A stretch of DNA of 64,000 bases from Octopus vulgaris (taxonomy: Eukaryota), in contig OX597827.1 of the NCBI GenBank assembly GCA_951406725.2, forward strand, positions 2,976,001-3,040,000, in the 5' to 3' direction. The position numbers and the translations under genes were made by a program. Positions 51,879 through 64,000 of this stretch are shown one piece after another. The notes beneath the pieces were generated by a model. The model saw only the letters and a list, made by a program, of their open reading frames with translations, ran no database searches and had not been told where the DNA came from. Each line of letters begins with the position of its first letter. Positions within the stretch are counted from its first letter, which is position 1.

Positions 51879-53202
51879 TCAAGAGGGGAAATAGAGTATG
51901 TATGTGCAAGGAAGGAGGGAGTTACAACAATCACAATCATCACAAACACAAGAACAAGATATATGTATATAGCTTTAAGCTATATATATACTTTTTCTGT
52001 AGTTTTAGCTCAGAGTTGCGGTCATGCTGGGGCACCACTGAGCCTCCTCTGGCCCCTATACCAGTCACACGTAAAAAGCACTCACTACACTCTCAGAGTG
52101 GTTGGCATTAGGAAGGGCATCCAGCTGTAGAAACACTACCAGATCAGACTGGAGCCTGGTACAGCTTCCTGGCTTCCCAGACCCTGGTCGAACCGTCTAA
52201 CCCATGCTAGCATAGAAAACGGACGTTAAATGATGATGATGAGGATGATGATGATGAAACATAGTTTAGACAATATAATTCCTTTTTATCTCACATACAT
52301 AAACATATATATATATAAATATATATATAAAGAGAGAGAGAGAGAGAGAGATTACCAATACAATATTATAACTTTAGCATTCTTTTCTACACTAGGCCCA
52401 GAATTTGGTGGGAATGGGAGGCAGTCGATTAGATCAACTGCAGTATGCAATTGGTACTTAATTTATCAACCCTGAAAGGATGAAAGGCAAAGTCGACCTC
52501 TGCGGAATTTGAACTCAGAATGTAAAGACATACGAAATACCACTGAGCATGTTGCCCAGTGTGCTAACATTTCTACCAACTTGCCGCCTCACAAACTTTA
52601 GTAATATAACTGCCAATTCATGTTGGTGGATGGTTTCATGTTGAAGAACCTTCCAAATGTGGAAAAGCAAATTAACAATCGTCAGATGAAAACTTTTATT
52701 TCATATTTTTTTTAATTTCATCTAGTTTCAGCTCATGAGCTGTGGCCATGCTGGGGCACCACCATTTGGTGTTGCTACATGATTTTACTTCACGAATACA
52801 TATTGAACTATATGTATGTATGTGTGTATGTATGTATTCACATATGTACATTATGTATGTATGTATCTAAGTACATAAGTATGTACACAGGACAGGCTTC
52901 TTTCAGTATCTGTCAACCAAATTCACTCACAAGTTTTGCCCTGTAGTTATGATGGCTGAGCCGTCTAAAGTAAAGTGTCTTCACAAAAGTGGACACACAC
53001 CAATGACATGATATAAACAACAGAAATCTTGGCTAACTGCCCAATACTCACTGAAATTGTCCATCCACAGCACAACAGCTCTATTAAAACATTTATTAGT
53101 AACCCACATCAAAGACAGTAGGAAGTTTGTTGAGAGAGAGAAAAATTCAGGTCAAACATTGACCAATATCAGAAGCTATAAAAGAAAATCTCTCCATTTT
53201 GC

Positions 53203-53203
<1 letters not shown>

Positions 53204-53245
<42 letters not shown>

Positions 53246-53347
53246 GAAATATATATATTTATATCTAAATATTTGTATGTATGTATATATATATATACAC
53301 ACATACATAGAAATATATATATATATATTTATATCTAAATATTTGTG

Positions 53348-53389
<42 letters not shown>

Positions 53390-53536
53390 TATATAGAAAT
53401 ATATATATGTTTATATCTAGTTATTTGTGTGTGTATATATATATATATATATAAACACACATACATAGAAATATATATATTTATATCTAAATATGTGTAT
53501 ATAAATATATATATATACACACACACACACATACAT

Positions 53537-53589
<53 letters not shown>
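53204..53589. repeat. Compound AT-rich minisatellite (~65-75-bp units, ~4-5 copies)
   Basis: Repeated CATAGAAATATATATATTTATATCTAAATATTTG with variable (TA)n. Confidence 0.85.
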
Positions 53590-53591
<2 letters not shown>

Positions 53592-54062
53592 CTATTTCAC
53601 ATCAATTTTCATACTAGCCTAGATGTAAAACCAGGCGAGGAAATTGAATGCAGGGTGGTATATTTGTTAGTGCAATAATGTTTGTTCTATTTTTGGGTTA
53701 GTAAAGAGCAGATTATTTATTTATTTTATATATCTGGTAAACAATAGCACCACAGGCTGTAGGTTCACCTGTCTGCAGCATTAACGATAGCTACAGGGAT
53801 ATGGGAGTGTTAGTGCAGGAACAAATACCATTATGAGTGAAGCAATGATGGCTGGCTAATGGAGAAAACATTACCTTGCTTGGCTACAGGTGAGCATTGG
53901 CCATAGGTGTGTATTGACCACAGGTTTGTGTTTGATCCATACAATCATGAAAAAAGTGGAATTTAAAACAAAGATGATGAATAATTTTGATGAAAAATAT
54001 TTTGCTAGGACTAAATATGGTGTACCCTGTGGCATATGTATCTAACCACTGAATATATATTT

Positions 54063-54289
54063 ACAAGGGGGGGTGGGGGTGGCTGAAAAGTTCCTAGCTT
54101 TGGGTAAAAGAAAATACAGGAGAATCAATTAATTATGAATTTATTCATTCCCCTCTTGTATTCACACACTTATTGCAGTGGTCCTTCAATTTTTCTAAAC
54201 TCAGTAAAAGAACTCAGAAAGTTGGGCTTCCAACTAGGCCTTTCATGACACCCTTAAAAGCTAGGAACTTTTCAGCACTCCCTTATGTA
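54063..54289. mobile_element. Mariner-like MITE
   Basis: Inverted repeats GCTGAAAAGTTCCTAGCTTT / AAAGCTAGGAACTTTTCAGC near the ends, TA flanks. Confidence 0.65.
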
Positions 54290-54599
54290 CATACACACAC
54301 ACACACACACATGCACATATACACACACATGCATGCACCTACAACAGGTTTTTCAACATAGTTTCTATCTAGCCCATTCCATCCACAAGATAATGTTCAG
54401 TCCAGGGTCATGTCAGAAGACATCTTCCCAGAGTGCCATGCAGTGGGATTGAAACTGAAACTCACATAGATACAAAGTATACTTCCTTATCACACAGCTA
54501 TAATTTTCTCCTAGTTTCAAGGAGATTTGGCTGGTATTTCTAGGACACAAACAACGGAACAGGTCATCCTTTGTCAGCTCTAAGTAATCATGATTTTAC

Positions 54600-55150
54600 A
54601 GATGGGTATTTTTTTTATTTAATGTATTTATTGTATACAGTGCTCAGTTGAAGTGACCCAAAGTGCATGAACAGTTCATAGAATGATGCACAAGAGAAAA
54701 AAGGGAAGGTAGGGAAACATCAGGTTGGCAAAATTTCAAGAAGCAAGTTTTGAAGGATGTAGAGCCCCGAAAGCAGATAAATGACATGGGTAATTTGTTC
54801 CATGCTTCGTCAATTCTGAGCATGAAAAATGTTTTAAAAAGTCATGGGTGCTGTGTTGTTTTTTGATTTTGTAAACATGTCTATGAGTGTTTGACATATG
54901 GAATTCAAAAGAAAGGTGCCAAAGGTTATTGTTGGAAAGATGGTGGATAGTCTTGTAGGTCTCTACCAAGTCAATTGCAAGATGTCGGATCTTTAATGTG
55001 TCCATGCCTAGAGAAGCAAGACATTCAGACTGTGGTAGATGCCTGAGAGCAGGTATTCCGCTAGTTGCACATTGCTGAACAGTTTCCAGGAGATAGATAT
55101 ACTGTGCAAAATAGGGGTTCCAGATTGACGATGTAAATTCTAAGTGTGGA
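54600..55150 (-). mobile_element. CR1/L2-type LINE 3' fragment
   Basis: Degenerate C-terminal motifs: HLEFTSSIWNP, LLETVQ, DTLKIRHLAIDLVETYK, THRHVYKIKK. Confidence 0.7.
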
Positions 55151-56329
55151 TGTATTGTACACCCACACTTAGAGTTTGCAGCTATCTGTTTAAACCCTTA
55201 TACAGCTTTAAATAGATAGCTGGAGAGTGAATGGTTGAATGCCCTTCCTAATGTCAAATAATTTACAAAATGAACTACATGCATTTCATGCTGTACAGGC
55301 ACCAGTGAGGTCACCAAGTAACTTACATGACCTGCTACCAAAGGACCACACAGAAAGGCAGCTTTATGCCAGGCGATGAAAGATCAAATCATGATAGAGG
55401 GACAGGAACATCTGTTTTGCTGTAGAGTAGATACATGACTACCCTAGTTGGAAAAGAGAGATGGTGAAACTGATGTAGTAAGCTTTAAACTTTAACGGTA
55501 GCATGCTCAGTAGGCCAACACCTTAACTTCTCAGCCATTGTGTGCTTTTATAAATCTTCATTTATGTAACTAGAAATTTGATATCTAGAAAGACAGAAAG
55601 AGCAGCTAACTGTAAAAATATTGTTCTCTCTCTCTCTCTCTCAATGACAAAAATGAAACTAGGAAACCGATTAAAGAGATATTTCCTTTTAATCCAAGAA
55701 CTAGATAGAAATATGACATTAGAAATAATTTTAGATTCAAAATATCTATTTTAATTTATCTCTATCAAATAATTCTGACAGATATTTACCATTTTAGTCA
55801 ATGCATGACAGCACAAAGAAAATATAAATGGATGCTTAACCATTTATTTTAATCATGATAATCACTACCACCACCAACAACACCACAACTATCATCATCA
55901 TCATCATCATCACCAGCAGCGGCACAATGACCACCAACATGGAATTGACGATGCTGATAATGATGGTGATGGTGATGGAGGTAGTCAGGTCTGTGATGGC
56001 AGAGGTAATGGTATGCCATGGGAATTAGAATGATAGGAATGATTATCCTAAGAGAGAAGGAAGCTGATGATGAAGATCAGCAAACGGTAGTTAGGAAGAG
56101 TTTCATGCAGAAAATCATCCCAACATCTACAGATAGGATTGTGTTAATCACCATAACTACACATTGTATGGTACCAACAAATATATAGTCTGACAATGGC
56201 TTGGCTGATTGAAACTTCGAAGTCACTGTCAACAATATTCTGGTCTAAGGATGAAAAGTTTGTACTCTACAAAGTATAGTGTAAACTCTCAGATTAATGT
56301 AAATAGAAACATTAATATATATATGTATG

Positions 56330-56380
<51 letters not shown>

Positions 56381-56551
56381 TCGCACACACATAAATATAT
56401 TACTTTCTTCCTTTTAATTCTACCCTAAGCACATGCATATATTTGCATACTTTTTTCTACCTTGGGACAGAATTTTCCATAGCCATCAACATAAACTTAC
56501 TCACTCATAATGCCAGTATGTTCTGAAAATGTAACTTTCCCAAGTTCATAT

Positions 56552-56640
56552 TCAATGCTCTGATGAAGCTATAGCATGTGACCCTGGTACTCAACTGAAA
56601 GTCCACTACATTTCATAGCAGAAACAGCTGTAAACCAATG
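56552..56640 (+). ncRNA. Degenerate type I hammerhead-like motif (Penelope-type)
   Basis: CTGATGA at 56560-56566, stem II GCTAT/ATAGC, GAAA at 56621-56624, palindromic stem III ACAGCTGT, GTA triplet. Stem I and the first stem II pair are damaged. Confidence 0.5.
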
Positions 56641-56780
56641 AAGTTCATTACATAATATTTAGATTTTTTCTGGTGTCATCCCTTTGTTTTCTGTTACTAC
56701 TCTATACTCATCTAACATTGTGTTCTGGGCCATATGTATATTGAGTTCTACACCTGGTTATTAGTCTTGCTATGCCAAAG

Positions 56781-56819
<39 letters not shown>

Positions 56820-57303
56820 TACGGGTATAGTTGTTTGGTTATGGAGCTCAAATTGTTACTAATTTTCCATTTCTATCTCTTGGCATGGTAACCTTAGTCT
56901 TCTACTGGGCCCTAAAATCAACCAATACATTAATACATTGCGACTGAATTTGGAAGATGGAAACTATATGAAAGCCATCTCACACACACATCATCATCAT
57001 CATCACCATTTAACATCTATTTTCCAAGGTGGCATAAGTTAGACAGTTTGACAGAAGCCAACAGGTCAAAGAAATGCACCAAGTTCCATTGCAAATGCAC
57101 AGCTTCCGTTGCAAATGACAAGCAGTGCAGCATGTTGTTTTCAAATATCTTGTAGAGTGAATTGCATCATGGTGCTGTTTATCTCACAGACAGTGCCCAA
57201 CTAACCCTACAATACTGTGTAGTTGACAAAATCAAAAGCAAACTATTCAAATGCACAAAATGTAAAATATAAAATGGCGACAATTTACCCATTGCACCCT
57301 GTT

Positions 57304-57334
<31 letters not shown>

Positions 57335-57350
57335 ATGATGATGATGATTG

Positions 57351-57592
57351 TTGCTATTATGCAAAAGTGTTGCAAGTCCAAAATGTTGGTTTTTCAGAAA
57401 AAAAAAATAGTTTCACCATTCCATAGCAAAACTGTTGTACTATACTTTGACAATTTTTGATATCTCGGCATCTGAAGCAGCTGGACATGCGATAGTTTGA
57501 CCAAAAGAACTGGCTTTTGCAAGCAAAAATAAATATTGAAAAAATACACATTTGGCCACATTTGGACATAGGACAGCTTAACATAATGGCAA
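57351..57592. mobile_element. ~240-bp MITE with imperfect TIRs (second copy at ~31072-31318)
   Basis: Two closely similar dispersed copies (near-identical spurious ORFs in the track). Ends TTGCTATTATG..GTCCAAAATGT / ACATTTGGAC..CATAATGGCAA. Confidence 0.7.
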
Positions 57593-57667
57593 AGATAGTT
57601 ACGTATACTTATGCATATGAATATGCATGTGTGTGTGTGTGATGTGTGTATATGCATACGGATATGC

Positions 57668-57704
<37 letters not shown>

Positions 57705-57706
<2 letters not shown>

Positions 57707-57869
57707 CGCATGAGTGGCTGTGTGGTAAGTAGCTTGTTTACCAACCACATGGTTCCGGGTTCAGTCCCACTGCGTGGCACCTTGGGCAAGTGTCTTCTAC
57801 TATAGCCTCGGGCTGACCAAAGCCTTGTGAGTGGATTTGGTAGACGGAAACTGAAAGAAGCCCGTCGTA

Positions 57870-57920
<51 letters not shown>

Positions 57921-58128
57921 TTGTGTGTCTGTGTTTGTCCCCCTAGCATTGCTTGATAACCGATGCTGGTGTGTTTACATCCATGTAACTTAGCGGTTCG
58001 GCAAAAGAGACCGATAGAATAAGTACTGGGCTTACAAAAGAATAAGTCCCGGGGTCGATTTCCTCGATTAAAGGTGGTGCTCCAGCATGGCCGCAGTCAA
58101 ATGACTGAAACAAGTAAAAAAGTAAAAA

Positions 58129-58130
<2 letters not shown>
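57705..58130 (+). mobile_element. tRNA-derived SINE, family B (CORE-like), full length with internal (TA)n
   Basis: A-box-like TGGCTGTGTGG, B-box-like GGTTCAGTCCC, CORE-like ACCTTGGGCAAGT, tail GACTGAAACAAGTAAAA. Confidence 0.85.
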
Positions 58131-58191
<61 letters not shown>

Positions 58192-58984
58192 CATGTGTCT
58201 ATACATAGACAGGTAGATAAACAAATGCACAGACAGGCATTCTGTTTCTGAGAATATATCAATTAGCAAAAGTGGGGTTTCTTTCCTAACACAGTAAACC
58301 TATAAAATTTATGTGTTTGTGTGTGTGTGCATGTATGTATATACACACACACATGTGCATATATCTTCATGCATTCTCATGCTATATCTAAAAGTGCATA
58401 TGCACTTTTTTAGTTCACCATATCTGCAAGGATTCAATTGGACACATGCTTATAAACATTCACACACACACACACACACATGCACACAAAAAAATCTTCA
58501 AAATAACATAACACTTGCTTCCTCTTTTTCTATGCATGTGTATCTACACACAGACACACAATACATATACATATATATATATATGTATACACACACACAT
58601 ATACATAATGATACATCGAAAAATTTCAGATGTAACATTATGTTCTCACTCTGCACACATACATACATATATATATACATATGTATACCTCAAAAAATAG
58701 GTTGTCAGAGAGAATGATAAATTCAATATAAATCTAACTAATGCGACATGGAATTATATGTGATATATAGTATGATATCATATGCAGATATCCGCAACTG
58801 CGTGTGAGCAGGCAAATGCATACATGCATGCAATTATATGTGTGAGAATATGTATTTGTAAATATGCTGGTGACTATACATATATATATATGCGGGTATA
58901 TACACACATACACATCCAAGTATGGAAAGAGACACCTATGTGTATGTCCACATCCTCTTCCTCCCCTCTCTCTCTCCTTCTTTC

Positions 58985-59030
<46 letters not shown>

Positions 59031-59150
59031 GTATGTATACACACACACACTGAGAGAGAAAAAGAGTGATAAATACTAAGATAAAGAAAAGATAAAGATA
59101 AATGCTGAGATATATATATGTTGTTTGTGTGTGTATACACACACACACAC

Positions 59151-59186
<36 letters not shown>

Positions 59187-59732
59187 AAGTCATGATTGCA
59201 TGATATGCAAGTCAAATATGTGTAAATATGGATATTCCATTTGCATGTTGTGCAATCATGGGTTCACTCTAGGAGATATTGACCTAGCGTGCAAGTGCAT
59301 ACACACACACATTTATACATACATACATACGTGTGTGTGTTTGTGTGTGTGTTTGTGTGTGTGTGTGAATCTCCCGCATTGAAATCCCAATTATGTGACA
59401 TGGGCTTCATTGGGCTGGACTTGAGCGTGTGAATACCAAACCATTGGTTGGCCAAACAACACTTTTTTTCTCCAAGCGGAAAGAAGGAGGACATAAGCAA
59501 TGAGAGTAAAGAATGCAGCTTAAAGACATGAAGAAAGCAATTTCAGAAAAGGGTTAAGGATTGCATCAATGAATTCATAACATCATCATCATCATCATTA
59601 CTTTTAACAGCCACATTTTCCATCTTGGCACAAGTCATATGAAACATACATAGGCAGATTTTCTACAGCATGCTCATCTTGTTATGGACCCTCACCTATT
59701 TCCAAGTAAGGTAATATTTTCCATGCTTAGAT

Positions 59733-59963
59733 GGCGAGCTGGCAGAAACGTTAGCACACCGGGCGAAATGTGCAGCCGTATTTCGTCTGCCGCTACGTTC
59801 TGAGTTCAAATTCCTCCGAGGTCGACTTTGCCTTTCATCCTTTCGGGGTTGATAAATTAAGTACCAGTTACGCACCAGGGTCGATATAATCGACTTAATC
59901 CGTTTGTCTGTCCTTGTTTGTCTCCTCTGTGTGTAGCCCCTTGTGGGTAGTAAAGAAATAGGT
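59733..59963 (+). mobile_element. tRNA-derived SINE, family A, full length
   Basis: GGCGAGCTGGCAGAA head, B-box-like GAGTTCAAATTCC, central GCCTTTCATCCTTTCGGGGT(C)GATAAATTAAGTACCAG (Meta-domain-like from memory), flanking GGTAATAT(T/G)TTCCATG duplication. Confidence 0.85.
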
Positions 59964-61010
59964 AATATGTTCCATGGTTCTTGCAAAAACAAGCAGCTCA
60001 ATGGCTAAACATATTTTCGTGAAAGATTTTAAATAAACATGCCATTTGTAGGAGTGGGTGCTGTAAAGTTCCTAGTTTTAAGGGTATTGCGAAAGGTGTT
60101 ACAAAAAACAATCTTACCCAGACTTGTCCCTCGGAGGGGAACTGTCTAGCTGCAATCCCATGGTCATTCATGACCAAAGGGGGCTCTTAACCCTTTTATA
60201 CTTAACCAATTTCTGACATCCCCTGCACTGCTATGAATGTTGTGAATATATTAACTTGTCTTCCCTTTGTGGTGTATCCCTGAGTGGAGAGTTGAAGCTC
60301 CTGGAAGCAGCCCAGGTATGGCAGAGGTGGTAATGAAAGAAGTTATTTGTGGTTACAAAAACTGAAGGACTACTGCAATAAATGTGTGAATCTGAGAAGG
60401 GGAATATATTGAATAAAATCACAATTAAACTCATTCTCCTGTATTTTCTTTCATACTCAAATCCAGGAACTTTTCGGCGCCCCTTTGCATGGACAATGCT
60501 TTTGCTTTTACACAACCGGCACACAATGTCAAGACAAGTGGAATGACATGCACACACTTGTGCACAGCATTGGTCAGCTAAAGGCAGCTGTAGAAAAACA
60601 CCTGTCCACTGTGTCATGTCGTAGAAACATTTCTTGTTACCATACAAAATTCTCATAAAGATCTAAACTCATAAACTGGAAGCTTGGAAATTAAGAACTA
60701 GCTTTATGCTATGCCCTTGGCTACTTGAGGAACAACTTGTATATTTTGACATGTTGTGATTAATTTTATTGAGTGCAGCTTGATCTTTATATATACATTT
60801 TAAGATTTTGCTTAAGCTTAATGATACTAGGAAACTACAAGATAATGCACCTCTTAGCATTTAAACTGACCAAACCTGGCACAAATTTTCTACTTCTTTT
60901 ATATTCAAACCAACCAGATTTAACTCCTCAAACCTACCATTTACCACTGCTTCAGCCTCTAGCCAACTGGTATATTATCCCCTGGATAATATACTGGTAT
61001 ATTATTAAAA

Positions 61011-61244
61011 GGTGGCGAGCTGGCAGAAATGTTAGCACGCCGGGCAAAATGCTTAGCGGTATTTCGCCTGCCGTTACGTTCTGAGTTCAAATTCCGCCGA
61101 GGTCGACTTTGCCTTTCATCCTTTCAGGGTCGATAAAATAAGTACCAGTTTCGCACTGGGGTCAATATAATCAACTTGATCCGTCTCTCTGTCCTTGTTT
61201 GTCCCCTCTGTGTTTAGCCCCTTGTGAGTAGTAAAGAAATAGGT
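61011..61244 (+). mobile_element. SINE family A, full length
   Basis: Near-identical to 59733-59963; flanking GGTAT(A/G)TTATCCCCT duplication. Confidence 0.85.
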
Positions 61245-61599
61245 ATGTTATCCCCTCCCTTTGCCTTTTATTATCATTAACCTAAAGTCTTCTTTGCTTT
61301 GGTCTCTCTTCCTCAGAGACCAAATGGCCTCTGTTTTCTGAATGTGCTTGGCTTCATATAATGGCCTCTGTTCCTCAGAGTTGACTGCTTTCATATCTTT
61401 TACCTTTTAATCAGACATTCCCAAGACACTCGCTTCACTGTTGTTGTATCCGATTCCTCAGGCTCTGCATTAACCACTATTCCTAGTCTTTCTTCTTTAG
61501 ACCATCTTATCCTCTGGAATTTCCTCTCTAGTCATATCTCATTAAGGTATCCAGCTCACTGGTCTCAGAAGCTCCTTCAGAATCAGTATGTGAATATAA

Positions 61600-62538
61600 A
61601 ACCCTTTACCTATCCATCTTTCTACCTGTCTCTCTGATATACCTATCTACCCTACCTTCTGTATGTCAGTCTTTCTACATATGCATCTGTCTACCTATTT
61701 ACCTGTCAGTCTGTCTATTGATCTAGCTCTCTACCTATCTACTAATGTATCATCCAATCTGTCTATTTCAGTCTAGTTCACCTAATCCATCCAACTACCT
61801 ATCTACTTATCCATCTGTCAATCCATCCATCAATAATCTATGTTTATTTGTCATTGAACTATTACATATAAGAAGTAAAAATTAAGCTCATATCTTTCTA
61901 TCAAACCTGTTTGTAAATTCATATATGGATGGCATAAAAAGTCCTATATATGATATCCATCTATCAATATCCTTCAGTATCAAATATCATACTGGTGATA
62001 TTCCGATGATACAGAGCTGTTGTCAATTTATCGCTGGGATTGGGTTCCGACATTTACTTTTACATCGAACACTTTGTACTATCTGATACTGTAAATAAAT
62101 AAATAAATAAATGAATACAGAAAAAATATTCACTTTTTTTTGCATAATTGGTTTGTCTGTTTGTCATAACCATTTTGTGTTTTTTCCTTTTTTTCTCTCT
62201 CTTTTATCTTGTTTTTCTCATTTTCCCTGAAATTGCCCAGTTATTTTGTCAGCCCATTTGATTCTTTGGCAAAATATTATTCTTGTTTTTGTTCATGTTT
62301 ACTGATAATATATAAGGGAAATTAGCAGCCCTACCATTTCCTCTGTTTATACATTTATTTATTCATTTATTTATCATATAGTTTTTTGTGTGTGTGTTCT
62401 TGATCTTTTTGTTGTTTTTACTTATTTGTTTCGTAGTCTTGGTTGTGCACCAACTACAATTAAAGTGCTTGTCATTCAACCATCCTTCTCTGCTCTACAA
62501 TCTCTCCACTTACACAAACTTCCTCTATTTGCTTCCCT

Positions 62539-62575
<37 letters not shown>

Positions 62576-63050
62576 CTCCATATAAACATTACATTGCATT
62601 ATTCACTCTCTTCTTAACCAACTAACCACTGTTATATAATATATGCCTGTGCATTTCCTGTGTCTATTGATGAAGTAAGAGCCATCCAGCCAGTCAGTCA
62701 TCTATCTACCATCGATCTATCAATCTTTCCATTCACCTAGCTCTACATTAATCCATCAATCTACTCTCTTCATACCTCCATCCACTTATCTACTTTTTGA
62801 TCCATTGATCCATTTAACCTATCCAACCATCCATCTTGCCATCCACCCATCCAACCATTTATCCAATCATCCATATCTTTTTCCATCTATGCTCTGGACC
62901 CATCTACTTACCAGTCCAGCCATTTTCCATCCACCCGATCATCTCTCTGTCCATCCATTTATTTCTCCAATCCATCCATCAATCAATCCATTAATCTTAC
63001 CACCAATCTGGCCATCCTCTCATCCAATGATTCTTTGATCCATCTGTCCC
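61600..63050. repeat. Degenerate (ATCT/ATCC)n tetranucleotide tracts
   Basis: Tracts at ~61600-61850 and ~62690-63050. Confidence 0.8.
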
Positions 63051-63236
63051 TGCTTAGTGCAATGACATTACCTGGTTTCTATATCAGTGGCTAACAGAGA
63101 AGAGAGGGTAAAGTTTCCTCGACACACAGCTAGATGTTACCTCTCACTTGTAAACAGCTCATTTAGGCTACAAGACAGACATGCTGCCAACTGCATTTGA
63201 AATAACAATCCCATCTCCCTTAAATTACGCCATACC

Positions 63237-63470
63237 CATTTCTTTACAACCCACAAGGGGCTAAACACAGAGGGGACAAACAAGGACAGACAAATGGATT
63301 AAGTCGATTACATCGAACCCAGTGCATAACTGGTACTTAATTTATCGACCCCGAAAGTATGAAAGGCAAAGTCGACCTCGGCGGAATTTGAACTCAGAAC
63401 GTAACGGCAGACGAAATACGGTTACACTGCATTTCGCCCAGCGTGCTAACATTTCTGCCAGCTCGCCACC
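63237..63470 (-). mobile_element. SINE family A, full length
   Basis: Reverse complement of the family A sequence. Confidence 0.85.
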
Positions 63471-64000
63471 TTGCTGTCTTTAAAAAACAACAGAAAGAAG
63501 CAATGGATCATGTAGTCCTAGATATACAAAATGATGAAGCAGTCACGGATGAAATGTTTTATCATTGGTTAACTGAATCAAGTCTGACCTGGGGCATAGC
63601 AACAACAACAACAACAACAATAACAAAAAAGCTATTTCATTTTATTCCCATTTCATTCCCATTATAATAAACCATATATGACTGTAGCAAATTAATAAAT
63701 TTGATAGGGCAGTAATTTTTTTCTCTTGCACTTAATGTTCTGAATTTATAAACATTTATGGGAATGAAAAAGAAGTCTTTCAGGTGTGAGTTTTTCACAG
63801 ATTGGGCAGAATAAGTTGGACAAACAGGGAAACAAACACTGCAATACTAGAACAGCTGAAAGTCCAAAGGCCCTATTATTAAGAATCAAGTCCACAAATC
63901 TATCATATTTTGGACATACAATATGCTATGAGTTATTGCCCAAGTCCAAAAGCAGTCCTATCATTTCCTCTCTTAATATGATTATCTATTTATTTGTTTG

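Noticed and set aside
57705-57780. tRNA gene at SINE heads
   Set aside because: A- and B-box-like motifs only; no cloverleaf, and the sequence continues into the SINE body.

Overview
AT-rich, microsatellite- and transposon-dense eukaryotic DNA, very probably an octopus (coleoid cephalopod) genome, judged from the protocadherin type and the SINE content. One real protein-coding gene is visible: a minus-strand protocadherin. Its large exon (acceptor at 22085, ATG at 22012, donor at 19612 or 19621) encodes a signal peptide, six cadherin repeats, a transmembrane helix and the start of the cytoplasmic tail. A cytoplasmic exon lies about 9.7 kb downstream (~9763-9928), a possible last exon at 4658-4857, and a possible 5'UTR exon at 26197-26474. 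Almost all other ORFs in the track are microsatellite translations. The rest of the window holds three SINE families, several MITEs, RTE and CR1/L2 LINE fragments, a decayed Penelope-like element and a solo LTR just 3' of the large exon. The most notable observations are: (1) both downstream exon candidates have strong polypyrimidine tracts ending in CAA instead of CAG, which A-to-I editing could convert to acceptors; (2) an inverted pair of Penelope-type hammerhead ribozymes forming an 82-bp hairpin, plus a second hammerhead family; (3) a sense-oriented solo LTR that could supply a promoter and poly(A) site inside the gene; (4) many long foldback hairpins in the gene's introns; (5) an exact 300-bp templated insertion with microhomology at both ends. 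All splice models are read from sequence only and have no transcript support.
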